Assembly: GCA_000002445.1 (NCBI GenBank)
Contig: CP000071.1
Span: 864,001-928,000 of the forward strand
Reading direction: 5' to 3'
DNA: 64,000 bases
DNA from: Trypanosoma brucei
Taxonomy: Eukaryota
Below, one piece after another: positions 20,710 to 29,584 of this stretch. Position 1 is the stretch's first letter, and every line of letters starts with the position of its first letter. A program made the position numbers and the translations under genes. The notes beneath the pieces are model-generated. The model had not been told where the DNA came from and did no database searches. It worked only from the letters and a program-made list of their open reading frames with translations.

Positions 20710-22503
20710 ATGAAAGGCGCTCAGTTTTTGAAGATGCCGTGTGTGCGTGTTTTACTAGTTCTCGTGAGGGTATTTTTTGTCCATCTGCCTTCTTTTGCTT
20801 TTGGGGATGCGTTTCCTGTGAATGGTGCGCGAGGAGGTAACAGCCAGGGCTACAATACCGATGGCATGCATCCTATTCAAGCTGAGATGCTTCCTTATGT
20901 GCGTGACATGATTGACCACGCGTTTGGTTCATACATCAAATACGCCTTTCCCAAAGATGAATTGTGTCCTGTGAGTGGTACTGGGAAGAATACGATGGGT
21001 GGCTATGGCTGGACCCTTATTGACTCTCTCGATACACTAGCAATTGCCGGGTTTCACAAAGAATTTCGTCGCCACGCGAAGTGGGTGGAAGAGCACTTGA
21101 CCTTCGATATTGACGAATCAGTGTCGGTATTTGAGACGACTATTCGAGCTCTTGGAGGTCTTCTGGCTGCTCACTTCATGTACGAGGAGGGCATAGTCCC
21201 AATTATCCCTTCGGAGCACGACTACAACGGCGGGTTCTTGCGGCTCGCTGTGGATCTTGCAGATCGTCTGATGCCCTGTTTTGACACGCCCACTGGGATA
21301 CCATATGGAAAGGTTAATTTACGCCGTGGGGTTAGTGGTGGGGAATCGCAGCTGGCCAACACGGCCGGTTCTGGGACGTTGTTAGTGGAGATGACGGTAC
21401 TGTCGAGGATCACAGGCGATGGAAAATACGAGCGTGCGGCGCGGCGTGCATCTGAGGCTCTTTTTGCGGCCAGAGATTCTCAAACTGAGCTTATGGGGAC
21501 GTATGTGTCTGTGAGTAGTGGCGGTTTTTCCTCTTCGGAGTCTTCTGTGGGTTCTGGATTAGACAGCGCCATTGAATACTTTATCAAATCACATAGTATG
21601 AGTGGGGACATTGGGGACTGGGAGCGGTTCGAGAGGACTGCGAGAGCTGTGAACCGCTATGTGCGGAAGGGTGGAATGCTGCTAGCAGCTAGCATGTATA
21701 GTGGACGGCGGCTGCAGACGTCCCAGGAATCTTTGTCATCATTTTTTCCTGGGAACTTGGTTCTTGGCGGCCATCTCCACGAGGCTGTAGAAAGTTCGTG
21801 GCCAATTCATACGTTCTTCAAACATTTTGGCGTTCTGCCGGAGATATTTTCCTTGGAATCTGGCGAGCCGTCGTGGAGGTCACATGACTACATTGGTCGA
21901 CCTGAGCATATCGAGTCTCTGTATATGCTTTACCGTGCAACACGAGATCCTACATACCTCTTGATGGGAAAAGAACTGGCACTGGCCATTAACTTGCGTA
22001 TGCGCACACCATATGGGTTTTCTTCCGTAAGTGATGTAAGGTACCCGCATCATGATGGTGTTCACAGAGACTCGATGGAGAGTTTCATGATCGCGGAGAC
22101 CCTGAAATATTTGTATCTCTTGTTTGACGAGTGCAACGCTGTTCACGTGCAGGGACGGATGGGCGGTCGCGCCTCACCGCATTGTGTTATGGACAGCGGT
22201 AGCGGCAGTAGCGTCAGCCACGTGGGGTGGGTTTTCAACACTGAAGCTCATCTGTTTCCTAATTCTGCCGAGTGGTGGGCGCCTACTTCCTTGGAGACCT
22301 TGGACAAGGAGGCTGAGGATCCCGCTGCTGCGCTCAGGCGCCAGCGTTTGGAGGTAATTGACGGTTTGCTCGCGAGTTTTGAGGAAGTGGACGGTGAGGT
22401 TGTTGGGGCGAATGATAAGGGTGGTGCAGCCCTGTACCAGTTCCACTGTGCCAATCACGCCCTGAGTGATGTAGGGAGGCTGTCGAAGTCTGTGTTTCGA
22501 TAA
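20710..22503 (+). CDS. GH47 alpha-1,2-mannosidase / EDEM-like, array copy 2 (~597 aa from MKGAQFLKMPCVRVLLVLV...).
   Basis: Near-identical to copies 3-4 except for mosaic patches. The codon at 20704 is GTG and the ATG is at 20710, with a second in-frame ATG (MPCVRV...) 8 codons later. Confidence 0.9.
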   Translation: MKGAQFLKMPCVRVLLVLVRVFFVHLPSFAFGDAFPVNGARGGNSQGYNTDGMHPIQAEMLPYVRDMIDHAFGSYIKYAFPKDELCPVSGTGKNTMGGYGWTLIDSLDTLAIAGFHKEFRRHAKWVEEHLTFDIDESVSVFETTIRALGGLLAAHFMYEEGIVPIIPSEHDYNGGFLRLAVDLADRLMPCFDTPTGIPYGKVNLRRGVSGGESQLANTAGSGTLLVEMTVLSRITGDGKYERAARRASEALFAARDSQTELMGTYVSVSSGGFSSSESSVGSGLDSAIEYFIKSHSMSGDIGDWERFERTARAVNRYVRKGGMLLAASMYSGRRLQTSQESLSSFFPGNLVLGGHLHEAVESSWPIHTFFKHFGVLPEIFSLESGEPSWRSHDYIGRPEHIESLYMLYRATRDPTYLLMGKELALAINLRMRTPYGFSSVSDVRYPHHDGVHRDSMESFMIAETLKYLYLLFDECNAVHVQGRMGGRASPHCVMDSGSGSSVSHVGWVFNTEAHLFPNSAEWWAPTSLETLDKEAEDPAAALRRQRLEVIDGLLASFEEVDGEVVGANDKGGAALYQFHCANHALSDVGRLSKSVFR

Positions 22504-22729
22504 TTTGTCGAGGCGCAAGGATGTATTAGCATAGTTTGCGCAGCGTACCGTTCTTGGTTTTCACCCCGTGGTTGCTTGGACTCCTCCCCTGCTTGAAAGT
22601 TCTGTTTGTCCCTCTGTACACGAACTTGCTGTGCGTAACTGGCGTTCTTTATTGCTTTGTGCTTGAGCTGCTTCTCTCCCCTGTTGCATAGGAATTTGTA
22701 TACCGTTTTGGGTTTTGTAGGCGGTGATT

Positions 22730-24523
22730 ATGAAAGGCGCTCAGTTTTTGAAGATGCCGTGTGTGCGTGTTTTACTAGTTCTCGTGAGGGTATTTTTTGT
22801 CCATCTGCCTTCTTTTGCTTTTGGGGATGCGTTTCCTGTGAATGGTGCGCGAGGAGGTAACAGCCAGGGCTACAATACCGATGGCATGCATCCTATTCAA
22901 GCTGAGATGCTTCCTTATGTGCGTGACATGATTGACCACGCGTTTGGTTCATACATCAAATACGCCTTTCCCAAAGATGAATTGTGTCCTGTGAGTGGTA
23001 CTGGGAAGAATACGATGGGTGGCTATGGCTGGACCCTTATTGACTCTCTCGATACACTAGCAATTGCCGGGTTTCACAAAGAATTTCGTCGCCACGCGAA
23101 GTGGGTGGAAGAGCACTTGACCTTCGATATTGACGAATCAGTGTCGGTATTTGAGACGACTATTCGAGCTCTTGGAGGTCTTCTGGCTGCTCACTTCATG
23201 TACGAGGAGGGCATAGTCCCAATTATCCCTTCGGAGCACGACTATAACGGCGGGTTCTTGCGGCTCGCTGTGGATCTTGCAGATCGTCTGATGCCCTGTT
23301 TTGACACGCCCACTGGGATACCATATGGAAAGGTTAATTTACGCAGTAAAAGTAAGGAAATGTGGATTTCGAGATCAAATACAGCTGAAGTTGGCACGAT
23401 GTTAATGGAAATGACGGTACTGTCGAGGATCACAGGCGATGAAAAATACGAGCGTGCGGCGCGGCGTGCATCTGAGGCTCTTTTTGCGGCCAGAGATTCT
23501 CAAACTGAGCTTATGGGGACGTATGTGTCTGTGAGTAGTGGCGGTTTTTCCTCTTCGGAGTCTTCTGTTGCAGGGAACATTGATAGCGCCATTGAATACT
23601 TTATCAAATCACATAGTATGAGTGGGGACATTGGGGACTGGGAGCGGTTCGAGAGGACTGCGAGAGCTGTGAACCGCTATGTGCGGAAGGGTGGAATGCT
23701 GCTAGCAGCTAGCATGTATAGTGGACGGCGGCTGCAGACGTCCCAGGAATCTTTGTCATCATTTTTTCCTGGGAACTTGGTTCTTGGCGGCCATCTCCAC
23801 GAGGCTGTAGAAAGTTCGTGGCCAATTCATACGTTCTTCAAACATTTTGGCGTTCTGCCGGAGATATTTTCCTTGGAATCTGGCGAGCCGTCGTGGATAT
23901 CACATGACTACATTGGTCGACCTGAGCATATCGAGTCTCTGTATATGCTTTACCGTGCAACACGAGATCCTACATACCTCTTGATGGGAAAAGAACTGGC
24001 ACTGGCCATTAACTTGCGTATGCGCACACCATATGGGTTTTCTTCCGTAAGTGATGTAAGGTACCCGCATCATGATGGTGTTCACAGAGACTCGATGGAG
24101 AGTTTCATGATCGCGGAGACCCTGAAATATTTGTATCTCTTGTTTGACGAGTGCAACGCTGTTCACATGCAGGGACGGATGGGCGGTCGCGCCTCACCGC
24201 ATTGTGTTATGGACAGCGGTAGCGGCAGTAGCGTCAGCCACGTGGGGTGGGTTTTCAACACTGAAGCTCATCTGTTCCCTAATTCTGCCGAGTGGTGGGC
24301 GCCTACTTCCTTGGAGACCTTGGACAAGGAGGCTGAGGATCCCGCTGCTGCGCTCAGGCGCCAGCGTTTGGAGGTAATTGACGGTTTGCTCGCGAGTTTT
24401 GAGGAAGTGGACGGTGAGGTTGTTGGGGCGAATGATAAGGGTGGTGCAGCCCTGTACCAGTTCCACTGTGCCAATCACGCCCTGAGTGATGTAGGGAGGC
24501 TGTCGAAGTCTGTGTTTCGATAA
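22730..24523 (+). CDS. GH47 alpha-1,2-mannosidase / EDEM-like, array copy 3 (~597 aa).
   Basis: Lies exactly 2020 bp downstream of copy 2. It carries the canonical ...SNTAEVGTMLMEM... patch, aligned to human ...STVAEVTSIQLEF.... Confidence 0.9.
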   Translation: MKGAQFLKMPCVRVLLVLVRVFFVHLPSFAFGDAFPVNGARGGNSQGYNTDGMHPIQAEMLPYVRDMIDHAFGSYIKYAFPKDELCPVSGTGKNTMGGYGWTLIDSLDTLAIAGFHKEFRRHAKWVEEHLTFDIDESVSVFETTIRALGGLLAAHFMYEEGIVPIIPSEHDYNGGFLRLAVDLADRLMPCFDTPTGIPYGKVNLRSKSKEMWISRSNTAEVGTMLMEMTVLSRITGDEKYERAARRASEALFAARDSQTELMGTYVSVSSGGFSSSESSVAGNIDSAIEYFIKSHSMSGDIGDWERFERTARAVNRYVRKGGMLLAASMYSGRRLQTSQESLSSFFPGNLVLGGHLHEAVESSWPIHTFFKHFGVLPEIFSLESGEPSWISHDYIGRPEHIESLYMLYRATRDPTYLLMGKELALAINLRMRTPYGFSSVSDVRYPHHDGVHRDSMESFMIAETLKYLYLLFDECNAVHMQGRMGGRASPHCVMDSGSGSSVSHVGWVFNTEAHLFPNSAEWWAPTSLETLDKEAEDPAAALRRQRLEVIDGLLASFEEVDGEVVGANDKGGAALYQFHCANHALSDVGRLSKSVFR

Positions 24524-24749
24524 TTTGTCGAGGCGCAAGGATGTATTAGCATAGTTTGCGCAGCGTACCGTTCTTGGTTTTCACCCCGTGGTTGCTTGGA
24601 CTCCTCCCCTGCTTGAAAGTTCTGTTTGTCCCTCTGTACACGAACTTGCTGTGCGTAACTGCCGTTCTTTATTGCTTTGTGCTTGAGCTGCTTCTCTCCC
24701 CTGTTGTATAGGAATTTGTATACCGTTTTGGGTTTTGTAGGCGGTGATT

Positions 24750-26063
24750 ATGAAAGGCGCTCAGTTTTTGAAGATGCCGTGTGTGCGTGTTTTACTAGTT
24801 CTCGTGAGGGTATTTTTTGTCCATCTGCCTTCTTTTGCTTTTGGGGATGCGTTTCCTGTGAATGGTGCGCGAGGAGGTAACAGCCAGGGCTACAATACCG
24901 ATGGCATGCATCCTATTCAAGCTGAGATGCTTCCTTATGTGCGTGACATGATTGACCACGCGTTTGGTTCATACATCAAATACGCCTTTCCCAAAGATGA
25001 ATTGTGTCCTGTGAGTGGTACTGGGAAGAATACGATGGGTGGCTATGGCTGGACCCTTATTGACTCTCTCGATACACTAGCAATTGCCGGGTTTCACAAA
25101 GAATTTCGTCGCCACGCGAAGTGGGTGGAAGAGCACTTGACCTTCGATATTGACGAATCAGTGTCGGTATTTGAGACGACTATTCGAGCTCTTGGAGGTC
25201 TTCTGGCTGCTCACTTCATGTACGAGGAGGGCATAGTCCCAATTATCCCTTCGGAGCACGACTACAACGGCGGGTTCTTGCGGCTCGCTGTGGATCTTGC
25301 AGATCGTCTGATGCCCTGTTTTGACACGCCCACTGGGATACCATATGGAAAGGTTAATTTACGCAGTAAAAGTAAGGAAATGTGGATTTCGAGATCAAAT
25401 ACAGCTGAAGTTGGCACGATGTTAATGGAAATGACGGTACTGTCGAGGATCACAGGCGATGAAAAATACGAGCGTGCGGCGCGGCGTGCATCTGAGGCTC
25501 TTTTTGCGGCCAGAGATTCTCAAACTGAGCTTATGGGGACGTATGTGTCTGTGAGTAGTGGCGGTTTTTCCTCTTCGGAGTCTTCTGTTGCAGGGAACAT
25601 TGATAGCGTCATTGAATACTTTATCAAATCACATAGTATGAGTGGGGACATTGGGGACTGGGAGCGGTTCGAGAGGACTGCGAGAGCTGTGAACCGCTAT
25701 GTGCGGAAGGGTGGAATGCTGCTAGCAGCTAGCATGTATAGTGGACGGCGGCTGCAGACGTCCCAGGAATCTTTGTCATCATTTTTTCCTGGGAACTTGG
25801 TTCTTGGCGGCCATCTCCACGAGGCTGTAGAAAGTTCGTGGCCAATTCATACGTTCTTCAAACATTTTGGCGTTCTGCCGGAGATATTTTCCTTGGAATC
25901 TGGCGAGCCGTCGTGGATATCACATGACTACATTGGTCGACCTGAGCATATCGAGTCTCTGTATATGCTTTACCGTGCAACACGAGATCCTACATACCTC
26001 TTGATGGGAAAAGAACTGGCACTGGCCATTAACTTGCCTGCGTTGAGCTGTTTTTTTTTTTGA
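24750..26063 (+). pseudogene. 3'-truncated GH47 copy 4. Homology to the array unit ends at ~26036, after codon ~430, and the frame closes after 9 junk codons (…LALAINLPALSCFFF*).
   Basis: Identical to copy 3 up to gaactggcactggccattaacttgc. It then diverges into cctgcgttgagctgtttttttttttg, so the C-terminal ~165 codons present in the other copies, including the conserved ETLKYLYLLF and FNTEAH blocks, are missing. Confidence 0.75.
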
Positions 26064-26399
26064 AAGGGTGCATCATGAATGGTTTTGGACTTAGTATTGC
26101 AGAGTATTGTTGTTTACCGTTATCTTTCTCTAAACGCACCTGTCTTCCCCGTTTATTTACATAGCTGCGTGCAAGAGGGTGAAAATTTTAGAAAGCCTAC
26201 CCAACCCAACCCTCTCCGCCAGCACGGGAGACGGGTTAAAGACGCTTTCAGTACTTCCATGTCTTTGGTAAACTATCGTTAAAATTCATATTTTGTGTAG
26301 GATGATGAGGAACGCTTACTGGTTCTTCAGCATGATAATTATTTCTTATATCTTTCTTGTGGGTGGTAAAAGGGAAGCTAATGACTAAACTATTTTGCT

Positions 26400-26665
26400 T
26401 TTTTTATAATTTGATGATTCTGTTGGTGGATGTTTTTTATGTCCTCTGTTTTATTTTATTTAAGTTTATTTTTTTGTTTCTTTGTTGATTCTTTCCCTCT
26501 ATTATATATATATTTACTGTTTTTTTTATTTTTTATTTTTTTTGTTAAACACACCAATTTATGCGCTAGTTGGTGAGTATTCCTTGAAAACATATGCTGT
26601 TTTCTTGTGTTGACCCTGTTGTGTTTCTTTATATATATGCATATATATATTTCCTGTAGATTAGC
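26400..26665 (+). promoter_or_regulatory. Long T-rich polypyrimidine region plus AG upstream of the LRR gene (trans-splice acceptor) and the likely polyadenylation zone of the truncated GH47 copy.
   Basis: tttttttataatttgatgattctgttggtggatgttttttatgtcctctgttttattttatttaagtttatttttttgtttctttgttgattctttccctc ... tttcctgtagattagc ATG. Confidence 0.5.
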
Positions 26666-28135
26666 ATGTTGTCTCGTTCATCTCAGGATCCCTTTACTGG
26701 GGAACTGGATTCTCTTGCCATGGTGCACGAGGTCATGAAGTTTGTTCCTTATAATCGTCGTACGTTGTGTACAATGCGGTGTGTTTCCAAACCGTATCGT
26801 CGTGCCGTGCAGCATCCTAAGGGGCCGTGGTCTTGTCATGAGGATATGATGATATCAAGATACGGTCAGTGTATTATATTTAATGCTATGGATGATGAGG
26901 ACGGTCGCTCAAGCTTCCGTCTTTGCTCTGTATCGCCGGTGGGCCGGAAATTCGAGACGTTCAGCGCGAATATGCTTAGTCGGTACCACCAACGTGTAGC
27001 AGACGGGTTAACTCGCCTTGTTCTTCATCATTCCCCTGTGGAAGTGGAGTTCTTCGAAGCCCTAGCTGCGTTGACGAACCTGCGTGCACTTGAACTAGTG
27101 GCATGTCGTAACATTAAGTCGATTAGCGGAGCCAGCCATGCGGCTAACCTCGAGTCACTTGAGGTGCACCTATGCCCTCTGGAAGCAGACGGCGTTGTAG
27201 GTCTTTGCTTGCCCAGGTTGAGACGGTTGAAGTTGCGTTCTTGTTATAAGCTAACCTTTGTTAATGGGATTCCTCCAGAAACGGCTGCATCCCTGGAAGA
27301 GTTGTACCTGGAGAACTGCAATGTTTATGATGGCAGCGTTAACGAGCTGTTTGGCAACCTCACGTCGAAACTTCGTGTGCTTCACTTGCCGAGCACTCAT
27401 GTTGATGCCGCTCTCACCGCTATTCCTGAGGAGGTACGTAGTGCGGGGCTTATGTCTCTGCATCTCCGTGAGACTCCCTTGAGATTTGAAACGCTATGTG
27501 AGCTGGCACCCTCGCTACAGGATAAACTGGAGTTCCTCTCGCTGGAGGGGTGCACAGGGTTGGAGAGTTTTGAACCTCTGGGAAGGTTGCAGCAGCTTCG
27601 ATTCCTGGATGTTTCCGGATCATTCCATGGTGAAGGCCTGCACTTTCTCACATGCTGTACAAAGCTAGAACTGTTCCGGATGGGTGATTCACAGATAGAG
27701 AATATCATGTTTCTTTCGTCCTTGCAGTTTCTTCGTGTGTTGGACGCACCAAAGTCTGTTCTTAGCGATCCTTCGCTGATGTTTCTTGAAGCTCTCCCCA
27801 TGTTGGACACGGTTGTCCTTACAGGTTGCATCCTTATCACTAATGTCAATGTACTGTCCACGTGCCCGAGAATTCGTCGGATATTTTGTGCCCGAACAAG
27901 CGTCACAAATGAAGGTGTTACGCTCTTATCGGACTGTCCTGAGCTAGAGGAGCTTGATCTTCGAATGACTGCGGTCACCGATGTTAATTTCCTCGCAGAT
28001 TGTTCTTCTTTAAAGAGCATAAACGTGGGAAGCGCAGTGACAAGTATTGATGGCCTTCAGTTATTGTTAAATAAAAAGGGATTAGAGGTAATTCACGACT
28101 CTTTTGATATGGAAACGGATCTCACGGACATGTAG
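26666..28135 (+). CDS. Leucine-rich-repeat protein (489 aa).
   Basis: True ATG at 26666, preceded by a long T-rich tract and cctgtag. Repeated LxxLxLxxCxxI/L units (LRALELVACRNIKSISG, LESLEVHLCPLEADG, LRRLKLRSCYKLTFVNG, LEELYLENCNV, LEELDLRMTAVTDVNFL) are typical of trypanosome LRR proteins (ESAG8-like LRR architecture, without a RING finger here). Confidence 0.75.
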   Translation: MLSRSSQDPFTGELDSLAMVHEVMKFVPYNRRTLCTMRCVSKPYRRAVQHPKGPWSCHEDMMISRYGQCIIFNAMDDEDGRSSFRLCSVSPVGRKFETFSANMLSRYHQRVADGLTRLVLHHSPVEVEFFEALAALTNLRALELVACRNIKSISGASHAANLESLEVHLCPLEADGVVGLCLPRLRRLKLRSCYKLTFVNGIPPETAASLEELYLENCNVYDGSVNELFGNLTSKLRVLHLPSTHVDAALTAIPEEVRSAGLMSLHLRETPLRFETLCELAPSLQDKLEFLSLEGCTGLESFEPLGRLQQLRFLDVSGSFHGEGLHFLTCCTKLELFRMGDSQIENIMFLSSLQFLRVLDAPKSVLSDPSLMFLEALPMLDTVVLTGCILITNVNVLSTCPRIRRIFCARTSVTNEGVTLLSDCPELEELDLRMTAVTDVNFLADCSSLKSINVGSAVTSIDGLQLLLNKKGLEVIHDSFDMETDLTDM

Positions 28136-29584
28136 AAGAGGTTTAAAATGAGGAAAATATACTTTGGAGCGGTGGAGAGTGCTTGCTGAGGTCGGAGAGA
28201 GGAGCTGAATGGGGGATTTTGTGGAGGAGTTAGAACATTGTGTTTGTTGTTGATGGGGATCGTGCGATGTCCCTCTACCGTTTCGATTCCGCCTCCTTTC
28301 TTCCTTACTCGTGTAATGCCGCTGTGTGAAGCGTTGGCCGTTTGGCGTTACCGTTTTCCCTTATTTTCTGTTTCTACCACTGTCGTTACGCTGCCCAAGT
28401 TTCTGGTTATGATAAATGCTACCGTACCCCGCTGCTCCCTTTCGTCTGCTTTGTAGACGTATAAATGTTTGTGTGTGCTCTTCGCCGTGCGTACCTCATC
28501 GGGGATCGCTGATTATATCCGACTTTTTACTCACATTTGTACGGGGGATGCTCTGTGCCCTTGTGCCGCAGGGCGGTAGTGCTGGTTGGTTTCGTTGCGT
28601 CCTCAAAGTGCGAATGATGTGCGACATGTCTGTTGGGGCAACTCTATGTGTAAGAGTGCCAGGATGTGACAGCTACGGCTTTCACTGCGTGGCGGACCAG
28701 AACGTTAGTTCTGTTTGATGTCGTACTGCGTAAATGCAGTCGAACAAACGCTAGTAATCCCTACTTCTGGTCACGATGTGCGGTCGCGGCCAGTAGAAGT
28801 TGACATATCGAACTTTGGTGTGTGTACAGGTTGTGTGTTTGCTTTTTACTGACCCTCGACGTTTTTGAGAGGTGCATTTCACGGGCAGCGGGGAGCCTTT
28901 GAGGTGTGCGGTAGGTATACCATTGTGTTTGTCGAGGGTTTTCAACCCGTACCCACGTCCACTAAACCAAGGTGGAAAGAGTTTAGTTGGTTTCGCGGGG
29001 AAATACGGGTGGTGCCGCCTGTTTTCCTTCGGGGAATTGAACCATCTCTTTTTCTCATTTTGTGCTTGCATGTGTGCGTAGGAGCAATGAGAAAAGATAC
29101 ACCCTCTAGCTTTTTACACTTGTCGAGAGTGCGGCGGAGCGAGCGAAGGGGCATTTTTTACCCGCCGACAGAGCTCCCGTGGTGCAAATGTTTGCTCTCT
29201 GAAACGCGTTTAGGGGTTAGAAGGAAACGTTGGTGTGCACCTCTTCCCCATGTTTCCCTTTTCCCCCCTTGATGCTACTCTTCGTTCCTTACCGCTTCTC
29301 CCTGATCTTCCGGACTTCGGTTTACTTAGGCATCTGCTTCCGTCTTTCCTCACTTTCTCCCTTCACGTCGTGCTGTGCTGGCAACACAATAGCTTTTCCT
29401 TGCCTCACCCGTGGAAGCTAGCACTGCCTTTCTGAAGGGGAGGCGCACCGTTTCAGCTGTGCGGAAGGGTAACGTCTACGCGTTTTTGTGAGTCGCTTGC
29501 GCTCTACCATCTGCGTCTTTGTTTGAAAGGGGCGTGGAGGAAGAGGAAAAGGTGAAGTGTTGGTGAGGCGCGAGAGAAGATCGG

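Larger units (their letters stand above)
17700..26036 (+). repeat. Head-to-tail tandem array (~8.3 kb; 4.1 units of 2020 bp, each a GH47 gene plus a ~220 bp spacer), bounded by truncated units.
   Basis: Exact 2020 bp periodicity (20704->22724->24744; stops at 20483/22503/24523). The antisense mirror ORFs recur at the same period. Units are >98% identical outside three patchy regions. Confidence 0.95.

Noticed and set aside
18164-24538. Recurring minus-strand ORFs (114, 88 and 68 aa) at 2020-bp intervals in the array
   Set aside because: They are the antisense frames of the repeated GH47 unit and repeat only because the sense gene repeats.
17700-26036. Regular 2 kb repeat as a possible CRISPR-like or satellite array
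   Set aside because: Units are 2 kb protein-coding genes with 220 bp spacers in a eukaryotic genome. It is a gene-family tandem array, not a CRISPR or satellite.
27585-27605. gcagcttcgattcctgga resembling a tRNA T-arm (GTTCGATTCC)
   Set aside because: Lies inside the LRR coding frame with no acceptor, D-arm or anticodon-arm complementarity around it. I found no tRNA-like cloverleaf anywhere in the window.
27397-28020. 207-aa ORF on the minus strand, antisense to the LRR gene
   Set aside because: Lies entirely within the stronger plus-strand CDS. S/R-rich, with no upstream polypyrimidine-AG on the minus strand. A typical antisense open-frame artefact.
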